The notes: generated from the sequence alone by a model not told the origin. Counted from the first letter of the stretch, positions 27,155-41,672 are shown. The stretch is DNA of 64,000 nucleotides from Octopus vulgaris (GCA_951406725.2 OX597820.1:46190001-46254000), one strand, 5' to 3'. Made by a program: numbers and translations.

Positions 27155-27235
<81 letters not shown>

Positions 27236-27599
27236 ACACATACACACGTATATTCAGGTATGCATACAGGCAGAAATATAAATGCACAACCCAATAGATA
27301 TATAGATAACGACAACCACAATAACAACAACTTGAAGAGATAACAACGATAAGTAGAAGAAGAGGAAGAAAAAAGCATATGAGATAACAAAGTAGTTTTA
27401 AAATCAAGGATTATGCAAATGTAACAAAAGAACGAAATGAAAGCGCGCTTCGGATGATAAGTGAATCCATTGAATTAAGATGAAAGAAGGAGAAAGAGAG
27501 AGTTTTGTTGAATGAAGGGGATGGAAGAAGAATGATAATAAAATAATAAACAAAGCAATTGCCGGCTGGTTCATTGATTCGTGGATATTTGAAAATCGG

Positions 27600-27961
<362 letters not shown>

Positions 27962-29910
27962 TTCTATGTTTGACTTTTGCTTTATGTCTGTACAAGTTGG
28001 CTCCCAGTCTCACCCAGAGACCTCAAGAGACAACAGGTTGGAAGTTCTGTGCCATATATTTGGGTTTTTTTAATTTTTTTATTTTGGTGTTGTACTAGTG
28101 AATGTCTAATACATAAACAAAAAAAAAGTTTGTTTTAAACCTTGGGATTACATAGAGAGTATTTTGCGTAGGATATGAGCAGTTCCCATGAGCACTATCT
28201 TTTGAATTTCTGCCATTTTGGGGTTTCCTGGTATCTGAGTTAGGTAGCAATCAGTCCCTTTCGCTATCATTCCCAGGGCACCTATGACAACAGGTATTGT
28301 TTTAGTCTTCAGGTTCCACATTTTGCTGATTTCTATTTCAAGATCTTTATATTTGCTCAGTTTTGGTAGGTCTTGACAGATACGTTTATATCGATTGGGA
28401 CAGTCATATCAATGAGGAGGCATGTTTTTTGTCTGAAGTCTTTCAATATATTGTCTGGCCTATTTGCATCTATCTTCCTGTCAGTTTGAATGGTGAAGTT
28501 CCAGAGGAGTGAGATGTGGTCATTTTCAAGCACAGGAGGTGGATTGTGTTCCCACCAGTTTTTTTCATGGGGCAAATCCAGGTTTTTGCAAATTACCCAG
28601 TGAATATATTGTGCAGCTCTATCATGCCTACTGAGGTACTCTGTAGGCGCTAGAAGACTGCATTTGGAGACAACATGGTCAGTGGTTTCATTTTGTTGTC
28701 GGCATACACGACATGTTGAGCTACTGCCGTTCTTTAATATGTTGGCCTGGTAGTTTCTTGTTGGTAGGCATTGATCTTGAGCTGCTATGATAAACCCCTC
28801 TGTTTCAGATTTTAAACCAGAGGCCATTAGCCATTGATGGGTCAGGGCTTTGTCGATATCTGCATTATTCGCTCTCTTTGGGTATTTGCCATAGAGAGGT
28901 TTTTCTTGCCATTTATTATTCAGAATATCTAAGGCCGCAGTTTTGGCACGGGTTTTCATGCGCCTAGCTTTTTCTGTGCTTGTTTCTTGTATATCTATCT
29001 CTAATTCCGAAATTGGTTGTATTCGGAATTCACTTAGATATTCCTTTGCCTGTTTTGTGACTGAGTATGATGCTTTCTTGTTTTCATGTTTTGAGACAAG
29101 TTTTAACATCCAGTCCTCAGAGTTTTTCAGGTAGGTGTCTAGGCCAATTGTAGCAATCTTCATTGTTATTGCCAGTTGCAAAAGACCACGGCCTCCCTCT
29201 TTTCTTGGCAGATAGAGTCGTTCTGTATCTGCCTTAGGGTGGTGCATTCTATGCATTGTCAACAGTTTCCTTATTTTTCTGTCGAGCTGACATATTTCAG
29301 TAATTGACCAGTTAACAATATTGAAACTGTAAGTCACGACTGGTATGGCTAATGCATTGATCGCTTCGATCCTGTTTCTTGCATTCAGCTCTGTCTTGAG
29401 TATTGCTCTCACTCTTCGATAGCATTCTCTCCTGATCCTTTCCTTCATCTCTGAATGCCTTATTCCGTTCCCTTCAATTACCCCTAGGTACTTGTAGCTC
29501 TCCGCTGGGTCTAGTTCTTTTATGACATTCTGTTGGTCAAGGTTAACGTTAGATGTTTCTGTCATTTTTCCTTTGATAAAGGTAGCCTTTGCACATTTAT
29601 CGAGGCCGAATTGCATTCTGATGTCGTCACTGAATTGTTTGACTATCGCTAGTAAGCCCTTGAGCTGTTCGTCATTTTTTGCAAAAAGCTTTAAATCATC
29701 CATGTAAATGAGATGATTTATATTTTTATCAAACATTTTATACCCGTACTGCGCGTCATTGAGCGGCTTTGAGAGAGGTATTAAGGATAAACAAAAGAGG
29801 AGTGGTGACAGTGAGTCATCCTGGAAAATGCCACACGAAATTTTTACATCACCAGCATTTAGGGATTCATTGTCACTGTTCAGAGTTAGTGTGGTTCTCC
29901 ATGATCTCAT
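27962..29910 (-). mobile_element. 5'-truncated R4/Dong-type non-LTR retrotransposon (RT, zinc knuckle, restriction-like endonuclease)
   Basis: GIFQDDSLSP, YMDDLKLF, YKYLG, RLYLPRKEGGRGL, CRVC...ETTDHVVSKC, RHD, RPD...LLIDMTVP. A frameshift near 28360 continues KYKDL...PVVIGALG...ILRKILSM-stop (28148). (TAA)n on both sides. Confidence 0.93.
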
Positions 29911-30136
<226 letters not shown>

Positions 30137-30899
30137 AGGCGGTGAACTGGCAAAATATTTAGCACGCAGGACGAAATGCTTAGCAGTATTTCGCCTGTCG
30201 GAACGTTGTTCATCCTTTTGGGGTCGATAGATTAAGTACCAGTAAACACTGGGGTCGATGTAATCGATGATCCACCTCCCCCAAATTTCAGGCCTTGTGC
30301 CTATAGTAGAAGGGATTATTTTTATTATTATTATTATTATTATTGAGTGAGAGAGCAGTGCATGCCATCAAAATGACATTGGGGTACAAATATACGAAGC
30401 CCAGTATACCCATCGTGAGAACCTGTCTGATAGGGGTACACCAGGCACATACATCACAACCATATGTGCGCGACGTGGTGATCTCATATCACTCTTAACC
30501 ACTACGCCATATGCCCCTTGGCAATTATGGAGTGGGCTTATAAATCTAATATTATCCTATCCTTCCTTAATACCGGTTCCCATATGCTACTCATATCTGC
30601 ACTCGGTCTACTTAGGAGGTTGTTGTGTCCTAGCATATGTGCTGCTTCTTTTAGTTTTCATATTTTCCAGTGGTATTCTCAGTGGTGTTTTAACTTCATC
30701 TCATGTTGTTGTTGTTGTTGTTATTAAGGTGACGAGCTGGCAAAATCGTTAACACGCCGAGCAAAATGCTTCAACGTTATTTCGTCCGTCTTTACATTCT
30801 AAGTTCAAATTCCTACGAGGTTGACATTACCTTTCGTCGTTTCCGGGTCGATAAAGTAAGTACCAGTTGAGCACTAGGAAAATTGTTGACCGTGTGCCT

Positions 30900-30931
<32 letters not shown>

Positions 30932-30961
30932 CAAGAGAGAGAGAGCGAGAGAGAGAGAGAG

Positions 30962-30999
<38 letters not shown>

Positions 31000-31062
31000 G
31001 CGCATGCTAACAAAGTGACACTTGGTTACAAGTGGGGTTAAAGGGTATATAAAGGCAATATG

Positions 31063-31444
31063 AAGGCGGCGAGCTGGCAGAAACGTTAGCACGCCGGGCG
31101 AAATGCTTTGTAGTATTTCGTCTGCCGCTACGTTCTGAGTTCAAATTCCGCCGAGGTCGACTTTGCCTTTCATCCTTTCGGGGTCGATTAAATAAGTTCC
31201 AGTTACGCACTGGGGTCAATATAATCGACTTAATCCATTTGTCTGTCCTTGTTTGTCCTCTCTGTGTTTATCCCCTTGTAGTAAAGAAATAGGTATTTCG
31301 TCCATCTTCATGTTCTGAGTTCAAATTCCGCTGAGGTTATCGTTTCGAAGTCAATGAAAGTGAAGCACTGAGGTCGATGTAATCGACTAGCCCCCTCCCA
31401 TGAAAAATGTCAGCCCTTGTGCCTATAGTAAAAAGGATTATTAC

Positions 31445-31498
<54 letters not shown>

Positions 31499-31560
31499 AT
31501 CGACTTAATCCGTTTGTCTGTCCTCTCTGTGTTTAGCCCCTTGTGGGTAGTAAAGAAATA
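31063..31560 (+). mobile_element. Composite SINE family B with 16-bp TSD
   Basis: Flanked by GGTATATAAAGGCAAT at 31044-59 and 31561-76; it interrupts the family E repeat. Confidence 0.8.
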
Positions 31561-31576
31561 GGTATATAAAGGCAAT

Positions 31577-32040
31577 GTACCCATCATGACTACCCTCCTG
31601 GCAAGCGTACACCAGGTGCATGCATCACAAACATATATACAAAACATGGTGATCTCTTATCAAGATAAACAGCGTATGACCTTACAGGGGGAGCCATTTA
31701 CAAGTTTCTTCAAGTAGAGTAACCCTTCCTACTCAAAAAGTCCATGAATATGGGTTTTTAAGGATGATGAACGAAGCATCCACGCTTCCAGAGATGACTT
31801 TGTCAAACACCAAAGAATTCCTCTCAACACATGGCTATGATGTTCCTTCACTATTCTTGCTTTTGGTAAGTGATGTACATATAATCAACCACTAAGAGAC
31901 ATGCTCAGCTGATTATGGTCAAGTAAATGCCAAGCAAATCTGTGGTATTAAGCAGAATATTTGTTCTAGCCCATCTGTTCCCTAAAACATGTTCATTATA
32001 TCACTTCCAACCAGTTACGATCAGAAACCATGAAAGCTAC
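31577..32040. repeat. Dispersed repeat family E (unclassified)
   Basis: Homologous to 45550-45995 and 30345-30490 (ACCCATCAT...CCAAAGAATTCCTCTCAACA..TGGCTATGATG). Confidence 0.7.
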
Positions 32041-32171
32041 TATGTAGTATTTTATTATTATTATCAATCAGGTAGCGAGTTGGCAGAACCGTTAGCACGC
32101 TATTCGAAATGCTTAGTAGTATTTCACCCGTCGCTATGTTTTGAGTTCAAATTTCACCGAGGTCGACTTTG

Positions 32172-32596
32172 GGATATTTTCGGTTTGAACGACAGTTTTT
32201 TCTAGCGGTGTCATATGAAATTGTCATCCATAATTATGACCCTAGTACCGATTTATTGCATTTCAATCTGTTTTAGGGTTAGAGTTAGTTAGGGGTGGGG
32301 AGAAGGGTATCGTTTTTTCTTCACAAATTTAAATAAACCCAATCTGCTTCTTAAACGAGGGACATATTCATACGGCATAGAATGTTTTTTTTACCTCAAT
32401 AGACGTCATTGATTGGTTGAAATTTCAGAAATTGAAGAGAAAAAAACAACAAATATCTTTCAAACTATAGAATTTTCTCACTAAAGCCAAGAGAAAAAGA
32501 TGTTTTATAAACACATTCTACCAGTATACGAAGTTTAAAAGTGTTTAGTTACGTGGAAATTATTTTAAAAAACTGCCGTTCAAATCGAAAAGATCC
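32172..32596. mobile_element. MITE with ~30-bp TIRs and 8-bp TSD (Merlin-like), inserted into a SINE
   Basis: GGATATTTTCGGTTTGAACGACAGTTTTTT versus AAAAAACTGCCGTTCAAATCGAAAAGATCC; CGACTTTG duplicated at 32164-71 and 32597-604. Confidence 0.85.
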
Positions 32597-33097
32597 CGAC
32601 TTTGCCATTCATCTTTTCAGGATCGACACTGGGGTCGATGTTATCGACTCATCCCCACCTCCCAAATGCTGCCCTTGTGGAAAAAAAATTTTGAAATAAT
32701 TATTATCATCAATAGGACGGCGAGCAGACAGAATCGTTAGCGCGCTAAACGCAATGCTTACCGATATTTCACCCGTCGCTACGTTCTGAGTTCAAATACT
32801 GCCGAGGTCGACTTTACTTTTCATCGTAGGGGGCGGAGGATAGTCGATTACATCGACCCCAGTACTCAGCTGGTAACGATTCTTCCAGCCTTATTGATGA
32901 TAATAATGGTTTCAAATTTTGCCAAAAGGGCAGCAATTTTAGGAGAAGGGGATGAGTCGATTACATTGACACCAGTGTTCAACTGGTACTTATTTTAATG
33001 AGGCTGGCAGAATCGTTACCAGCTGAGTACTGGGGTCATTGTAATCGACTATCTCCCGCCCTCAAATTGCAGGCCCAGTGCCTATAGTAGAAAGGAT

Positions 33098-33446
33098 TCT
33101 TCTTCTTCTTTTTCTTCTTCTTCTTCTTCTTCTTTTTCTTCTTCTTCTTCTTCTTCTTCTTCTTCTTCTTCTTCTTCTTCTTTTTCTTCTTCTCCTCCTC
33201 CTCCTCCTCCTCCTCCTCCTTCTTCTTCTTCTTCTTCTTCTTCTTCTTCTTCTTCTACTCCTCCTCCTCCTACTCCTCTTCCTTCTTCTTCTTCTTCTTC
33301 ATCATCATCATCGTCATCATCATCATCATCTTCTCCTCCTCCTCCTTCTTCTTCTTCATCATCATCGTCGTCATCATCATCATCTCCTTCTTCTTCTTCT
33401 TCTTCTTCTTCTTCTTCTTCATCATCATCATCATCATCATCTTCTT

Positions 33447-33518
<72 letters not shown>
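33098..33518. repeat. Compound (CTT)/(CCT)/(CAT)/(ATT) microsatellite
   Basis: Visible tracts. Confidence 0.95.
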
Positions 33519-33520
<2 letters not shown>

Positions 33521-33667
33521 TATACACTCAACAGATTATACTGTTGGGAAAGGAATGAATCCTAACATCGGGCTACAACAAGTAGCCTTGGATACCAACA
33601 TTCCTCCTATTGGGTTACAGCAAGTAACTTTAGATGCCAAGAACCCTCCTAAGTATCCTCGATCTCC

Positions 33668-33904
33668 CTAACAACACTGTTTTCTGCAGCTGTACTAAGA
33701 AGGGTTTTATCCCTATTTCCTCTATCCACTTGTTCAGATCTTTAGGGATAATTCCTAATGCACCTATAACTACAGGGTACAATATACCTGCACTTTCAAT
33801 ACCTAAGTCCTAGTACTTTGCAATTTTTTCTATATTTTTCATATTAATATTCTCATCATTTGGGACTGTGAAGTCAATTATCTGGCACTTTCTGTTCTCT
33901 TTAT

Positions 33905-33979
<75 letters not shown>

Positions 33980-34120
33980 AATCAGGCCATCTAGCTTCTA
34001 TTACTTAGTCAGAATGTTAAAGTCCCATAACATCTTGTATTTCTTACTTTCTAGTACTTTACTTGGTTTATGTTCATACCATTTATCAGTTTCCATCTCT
34101 TGCCGAGTGTCTTCCCAACA

Positions 34121-34177
<57 letters not shown>

Positions 34178-34425
34178 GTATGACTTTTGCTTTGTATTTG
34201 TACAAGTTGGCTCCAAGTCTCACCCAGAGAGACCTCAAGAGACAACAAGTTAGAAGTTCATGCTGGTGTTATGCCTAGGTTGACATAGATTTGGTTTCGC
34301 AAATAGTATTGTTCTAGAGAATGTTTAAGAAAACATAAGAAAATTATGAGTTTGTTTTAAAACTTGAGATTACATAGAAAGTATTTTACGTAGGATATGG
34401 GCAGTTCCCATGAGCACTCTCTTTT
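33668..34425 (-). mobile_element. Two RLE-LINE 3' fragments within (ATT)n/(ACT)n
   Basis: KWYEHKPSKVLESKKYKMLWDFNILT, CQIIDFTVPND and PVVIGALG motifs at 33670-34110; 34177-34425 is homologous to 27965-28200. Confidence 0.8.
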
Positions 34426-34767
34426 ATCATCATAATCATCATCATCATCATCATCATCATTATTATTATTATTATTATTTTTTGCCAGTTAGGCTCTACA
34501 AACACGCACTCACTCAGCCACACTTATATACATATATACAAACATGCATATATTTGTGTGTGTGTGTGTGTGTATGAATGTGTGTGTCTGCGTGTATGTG
34601 TGTGTTATATATGTGTATATGTGTGTATATTATAGAGAAAGAGAGCAGAGAGAGAGAGAGAGAGAGCATGGGTAAGGGAGAGTGAGATACATTAATTTCA
34701 TAGGGCACCTGCTTCAGAACTCATTTTCTTAATGCATTTTCAAGAGTAGCTGCATGCATGCTGACAG

Positions 34768-34841
<74 letters not shown>

Positions 34842-35067
34842 AAACAAACGTCAACCCACATACGAATTTCTAAGGACCTATATAGATATATGTATATTTG
34901 CATCTTTATATATGTATGCATGCATATTTGTATATGTATGTGCATATATGTGCGTGTATATGTATGTGTATGAATACATATATATATGTACGTATGTGTA
35001 TATATATATATATATATGTGTAGATAGATAGATAGATAGATAGATAAATAGATACACATGCATGCAT

Positions 35068-35104
<37 letters not shown>

Positions 35105-35118
35105 CATACATACATGCA

Positions 35119-35163
<45 letters not shown>

Positions 35164-35810
35164 ATTGTAAATTCTATGCATTATGAACACCACCGCTACC
35201 ATCACCACCATTTCACCACTACTGCCAGTTTCATCAACATCAGCACTATAACCATCACCACCGGTAGCATCACAACCAACGGCATCATCATCATCATCAT
35301 CATCATCACCATTATTACCATCATCACCATCATCATCATCTCTAAAATGAGATGTTTTGATGTCTGAATGAAAATTTACACAACGATGATCGGTGTTACT
35401 GAGTGTATGTATAATTGCTTTGATATTTTTGTTGTTGATTTTGTCTTTGTTGTTGTTGTTGTTGTTGTTGTTATTGTTATTTACACTTAGTCTTGAGTGT
35501 TAAGGAGGTCAACGGTGCTTCTCAGTGCGGCAAATTATGTATTTTTGAACTTCAACATATATAAATGGTCGCATTATCTAAAAGTATTTAACACACGCAC
35601 ACGTATACATAGTCATACACACACTCATATGCACATGTACACATGCATACACGCATACACACGCATATAAACACACACACACACACACAGACACACGCAC
35701 ACCACCACCACCATCACGCACACACACGTATCGAAACCCGTTTTAAAATGACGGTCTGTTAAAGGGATGGTGATTTCACACTGGTGCGAAATCCATTTAA
35801 GTGCAGAAAG

Positions 35811-35854
<44 letters not shown>

Positions 35855-36254
35855 GTGACGAAGATGTGATGATGACGATGGTGGGATGATATTTATGATG
35901 ATGTGATGACGGTGATGATATTGATGATGATGATGATGAGGAGGAGGAGGAGGAGGGGGAGACGAAGATGACATGAATAACGACGATGACACCGATGACG
36001 GTGATGACATCGATGACGACGATGACAACGGTGACGATGACAATGATAATGACTACAACAACGACAGCAGTGATGATGATGATGATGATAATGATGATGA
36101 TGATGATGATGCATATGGAAACACGTGAAATCTAATGATACGAAGGGACTTATAATGAGGACTTTCGATGTCTACTCCTTATATCCGATAACAAGTAGTG
36201 ACAGGGTCTATCTAGTCCCTGAAATAAGGAGCAGTGACCCGATCATCGCATAAT

Positions 36255-36530
36255 ATCCAGAGTAGAGTAGAACCTAGAGCAGAGTGTATTGTCTTGGGAA
36301 GAATATAGGCTTATATTAAGAGTTTGATGTTCAGAACAAAGTGCTATGTCTAGGGTAGTGCCAAGTGTCTAAAACATGATGTGATGTCCAGAGTAAGAAA
36401 CTCTACCAACCACATGGTTTTCGGGTTCAGTCCCAGTGCGTGGCACCTTGGGCAAGTGTCTTCTACTATAGCCTCGGGCCGACCAATGCCTTGAGTGGAT
36501 TTGGTAGACGGAAACTGAAAGGAGCCCGTC

Positions 36531-36593
<63 letters not shown>

Positions 36594-36712
36594 AAGGTAT
36601 TGGTGTCAGAAAGACCCAAAAGGTATCGGGTAAACGCTAAGTATGTCATGAAATCTATTTACTGCCTTGGATTTTTAAAATCTCATTTTGTCAATTTATA
36701 TATATATATATC

Positions 36713-36745
<33 letters not shown>

Positions 36746-37750
36746 GCGTGTGTGTGTGTGTGTGCGTGTGTGTGTGTGTGTGTGTGCACGTATGTGTTTG
36801 TGTGTGTGTTTGTCCCTCACCCAACATCGCTTGACAACAGATGCTGGTGTGTTTACGTCCCTGTAACTTAGCGGTTAGGCAAAACAGACCGATAGAATAA
36901 GTACTAGGCTTACAAGGAATAAATCCTGGGGTCGATTTGCTCGACTAAAGGCGGTGCTCCAGTAGGGCCGCAGACTAAAACAAATAAAAGAATATATCCA
37001 GAACAGGGCGCAGCGTCTAGTGCCCAGTGTAGAATCTAGAATAAGACTATGTACAGAGATAGGTTATATGTATATAACCTATATAAAGTGCTATGTCTAG
37101 AGCAGTGAGAAGTGTCTAAAACATGATGTCGCGTCTAGAGTGAGAACTGTAACCATAGCATGACATCGTGTCCTGTGTATAGAGATATATCTAGAACATA
37201 GCGCAGCGTCTACTACTAAGACGTGTGTCTAGTGCACAGTGTAGGATCTAGAATAGGTACGAGATATGATCTCTGTACCTATAATATGTATCATATTAAG
37301 AGCTTGATGTTCAAAACAAACTGCTATGTCTAGAACAGTGTGAAGTGTCAAAAACATGATGTGGAGTCTAGAATTAGAAACTCTATAACTATATGTTATT
37401 ATGTCCGAAGTTTAGAGATAAATCTAGAACAGGGCGTAGCGTCCAGTACTAAGACGTATATGTAGTGCACAGAGTAGAATTTAGAATAAAGAAGTAGATA
37501 CAGTGATAAGATATATGTATCATATTGAGAGCTTGATGTTCAGAACAGTGTTATTTATAGAGCAGAGTGAAGTGTCTACAACATGATATGGTGTCTAGAG
37601 TAAGACACTCTAACTATATGATAGTGTGTCCTATGTATAGATATATATTTAGAACAGGGCCCAGCGTCCAGCACAAAGACGTATGTCTTGTGCACAGTGT
37701 AGGATCTAGAATAAAGACGTAGGTATAGAGATGGGAAATATGTATAGAGA
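36255..37750. repeat. Higher-order tandem repeat (~230-bp unit built of ~19-bp TCTAG-anchored subunits), interrupted by a family A SINE at ~36404-36990
   Basis: GAGCTTGATGTTCA at ~37301 and ~37530; TAGAACA(T/G)..CG.AGCGTC recurs about every 230 bp; internal (G/A)TCTA(G) every 19 nt. Confidence 0.8.
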
Positions 37751-37854
37751 AGAGGGTTATGTGCGCAAGAAAACTAGAAATTTTAAAATTGAATCATTTT
37801 TATAATTTATGACATAGGAGACGCTTATCTATAAAACAACATATAGAGAATGGA

Positions 37855-38790
37855 GGGCGGCAAACTGGCAGAATCGTTAAGTAGCGGGGGTCGACTTTCA
37901 TCTTTTCGGGGTCGATAAAATAAATACCAGTTGAGTACTGGAGTCGATGTAATCAACTTACCCCTTTCGCCGAAATTGCTGTCCTTGTACCAAAATTGGA
38001 TATGAGTATATAGAGAATGGGGTATTCTGTTTCTCCACGTTTACCATTTCTCTCTCTTCATAAGCCATACCATGTTTGTGACCGGTCTATAAGAAACTCA
38101 TGTTAAGAAACTCTATGATTATTCTGTTACTGAGTGCCATGTTTTGTTGGAAACGACATTTTGTTCATCACTACGGCAAGTGATAATAAGCTAAGGTTCA
38201 TGTAAGCAATTTTAGAAATGGTCCTATATCTAATGAAATGAAACCAGTAACTAATGAATGCATTGTGGCGATATTGAAAAGGAACAAGAAATAATCTCCA
38301 AATGAATCCAGAAAAGAATGACTGCTGCATCTATTTCTCATTATTATTTCTATCAAAAGGCGGAGAGCTGGCACGCCGGGCGAAATGCTTAGCAGTATTT
38401 CGTCTGACTTTAAGTTCCGAGTTCAAATTTCACCGAGGTCGACTTTGCCTTTCATCCTTTCTGGGTCGATAAATTAAGTACCAGTTGCGTTCTGGGGTCG
38501 ATCTAATCGACTAGCCCTCTCCCCCAAAATTTCGGGCCTTGTACCTAGAGTAGAAAATATTGCTATTTCTATCAAAACCGCAGAGATTTGGCAGAACCGT
38601 TCATAAGCCGGACAAAATGCTTAGTGGCATTTCGCAATCCGTCTCTATGTTCTGAGTTCATACTCTGTCGAGGTCGATTTTACCTGTCTTCCTTTTGATG
38701 TCGATAAAATAAATACTAGTCAAGTATCGAGGTCTATGTAATCTTCTCGTCGCTTTCAACAAATTTTGGCATTGTACCAAAATTTGAAGC
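37855..38790 (+). mobile_element. SINE family B copies
   Basis: Bodies at 37855-38000, 38357-38560 and 38577-38790. Confidence 0.8.
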
Positions 38791-39855
38791 CATTACCGTT
38801 TCTATCAAATTCCAATGAAATTCATGGCTAGTCGATCCAAGTTAATAACCTAGATTAGAGATTCCCAGACGGTGCTTGCAAAAAACCACTATGGGTGCTA
38901 TGAATTTGTTAAGATAAATTTTGTGTCAATATACTTGTTACAGCCTTGTATCAAAATACCAGTTCGTGTGACATATTTATATTGTGTATACAAACGTACA
39001 ATGACACAACCTGCACCAGTTTATCTCAGAAGCACATCACAGAGACATTTGAGTAAAAAATACAAGGCTTTTCTCAGGTTACAGGTTGATCAACCGAAGC
39101 TATGTTTCGGTCTATTTAGTTTCTTTGGTGACGCATACCCCAGACATTCTCAACGAAGCCCTTAATACTACACTTTCTGATTGATGTGAAAGCGAGCCAA
39201 CCGAGAATTAAATTAAAATTCGGACTTTAAACAGCCTCAGATTACAAAATGGGTATATATTTGCAATGTTCAACTTTTAGAAAATCCATACCGTTGCTTG
39301 TCTATCTTAAAAAATGTATGTTCATAATTGTTTAATACAAAAATATGATTAATAAAACAAATCATGCAACGGTTCTTTTAAACTGTTTTGCTAAATTTTT
39401 AACTGTCCATGCAAAATGCTCCAGTAATTGCTCGTTTGATCCCCATTGTATCACATATTAAAACAAAAAACAAAAGCAACTTGAGAAATACAGATCTAGA
39501 GGATTGATAAATTTAGGTGATATAGAGACAGAAATAAATGCCCAATGATCAGACTCTGAGATATAGTAGAAGTCAATTTCCTTTATTTGTATTGTTAATC
39601 TCTTTCGTAAGAAAAAAATTATGCCATTGTGTCTAACACTGATGAAGATATAGTACGGAAAATAACAGAGTAATAGGTAGATGAATCCAGGTAAAAGTCG
39701 TAAGAAAAAGTTATAGCGCATTTATATATATATACAAGATATTTAATAAAACGTGTTTTTTGCTCGCGTGTTAGTTGTCAAGTTCTACAAGTGTTATCAG
39801 TTAATACACGCATTTATTATTTGTTTAATTACTTTAACTCTCATTTATGGTATTT

Positions 39856-40325
39856 AAGGCGGCGAGCTAGCAGAATCGTTACCACACTGGGCAAAATGCT
39901 TAGCAGCATTTCGTCCGTCTTTATGTTCTGAGTTCTAATTCCGTCGAGGTCGACTTTGCCTTTCGTTCCTTTCAGGGTGGATAAAATAAGTACCAGTTGA
40001 AAAATGGGGTCGATGTAATCGACTATCCCCCTCCACTAAATTTCAGGCCTAGTGCCTATAGTAGAAAATATTATTTGTTTAATTACTTTAACTATTATTT
40101 ATGGTGTTTAAGGCGGCGAGCTGGCACAATCTTTAACACATCGGGCAAAATGCTTAGCGGCATTTCGTTTGTCTTTACGTTCTGAGTTCAAATTCCGCAG
40201 AGATCGACTTTGTTTTTCATCCCTTCGGAATTGATAAAATGAGTACCAGTTGAGTACTGGAGTCGATGTAATCGACCTACTCACCCCACCGAAATTGCTG
40301 ACCGTGTGCCAAAATTTGAAACCAT
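39856..40325 (+). mobile_element. Two tandem SINE family B copies
   Basis: AAGGCGGCGAGCT heads at ~39856 and ~40110, each preceded by the same ~40-bp flank. Confidence 0.85.
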
Positions 40326-41264
40326 TATTTTCGGTGTATGATTGAACGGCGACAGTCTCTCATGTGGCTTTATTCTGTGACACTATTTCCGATCTTAGTG
40401 TTAGTACGTCCACGTGAATACTGCTCTGTGACAATAACATCACATGCGTACACTGCGAAGCGTCTATCAAGAATACGAAAGAAATGAATCGCACAGATAT
40501 CGCCAGAGTTCCGAAGAAAACCCTTGCTCAGATCAACATTGCAATTCCTTCTTACTAACAGAGTACATGGCTCGAAGTAGAAAAGTTATCAAAGTATCAT
40601 AAATTTGAAACGGAAATAAGGAATAACGGAATTAAATGAAAGTAAAGGTGGAACCGGTGGGATTCTGTCAACTGTGTACAATAAAAAATAGAAAATAAAA
40701 AACTATAAAAACCATAAACGATATTAATGAACATTTAGAAAATCTATTCTAGGCCATGAGCAACCATATTGGTGAAACGTGCGTAGGAACTATTATATAA
40801 ATCTATGTTTGTCCTCATTTTCCCTATATTTGTTCTGTAACTGATGACTAGTAATACCACTCCGTATAGAAGTTAGTTAACAACTATACAGGAAACAGAT
40901 GGACTATGATAATCTACATAGAACTCTAAATATATCAGTATCAATTGTACATCTATTTGTATATATAATTTTTACTATGTGTTTGTGTGTGTGTGTGTGT
41001 TTGTATAGTTTAAATTTACAGAAAACAAACCACGAAGACAGGTGAGGGAACAACAAGCAGATGTATTAGTTTGACGCGCGGTTAGAATAGAAAAGTCTAC
41101 GACGTTCCGCACCTAAGCTCTTCGGCAGAACGGATTGAGAGGGATAAAATGGAGAGAGAACGAAATGAAACCGAAGAGAGAAAAAAATGAATAGGGGGTT
41201 AACGGTTCAACATAATGAAATGACCATAAGAAAGAGGCTAAGCAAAATATATATATATACATAT

Positions 41265-41659
41265 ACTCTTTTACTTGTTTTAGTCATTTGACTGCGGCCA
41301 TGCTGGAGCACCGCCTTCAGTCGAGCAAATCGACCTCGGGACTTATTCTTTGTAAGCCCAGTACTTATTCTATCGGTCTCTTTTGCCGAACCGCTAAGTT
41401 ACGGGGACGCAAACACACCAGCATCGGTTGTCAAGCAATGCTAGGGGGACAGACACAGACACACAAACACACACATACACATATATACATATATACGACA
41501 GGCTTCTTTCAGTTTCCGTCTACCAAATCCACTCACAAGGCATTGATCGGCCCGGGGCTATAGCAGAAGACACTTGCCCAAGATGCCACGCAGTAGGACT
41601 GAACCCGGAACCATGTGGCTGGTCAGCAAGCTACTTACCACACAGCCACTCCTGCGCCT
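41265..41659 (-). mobile_element. SINE family A, full length
   Basis: Minus strand AGGCGCAGGAGTGGCTGTGTGG (A-box-like) ... GGTTCAGTCC (B-box-like); tail ...CTGAAACAAGTAAAAGAG-like. Confidence 0.9.
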
Positions 41660-41672
41660 ATGTATATATATG

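Noticed and set aside
32273-32295. Telomere-like TTAGGG
   Set aside because: Only two imperfectly spaced units inside a MITE; not an interstitial telomeric array.
36255-37750. CRISPR-like regular spacing
   Set aside because: Eukaryotic context, an anchor of only 4-6 bp, inter-anchor sequences that themselves repeat, and no cas genes.
40747-40790. Partial hammerhead-like strings (ACC-atatt-GGT-GAAA-CGTGCG-TA; similar weak cases near 7380-7455, 14965-15025, 42740-42830, 43255-43290, 46260-46290)
   Set aside because: One core half is missing or needs several corrections; they cannot be told from chance without a family consensus.
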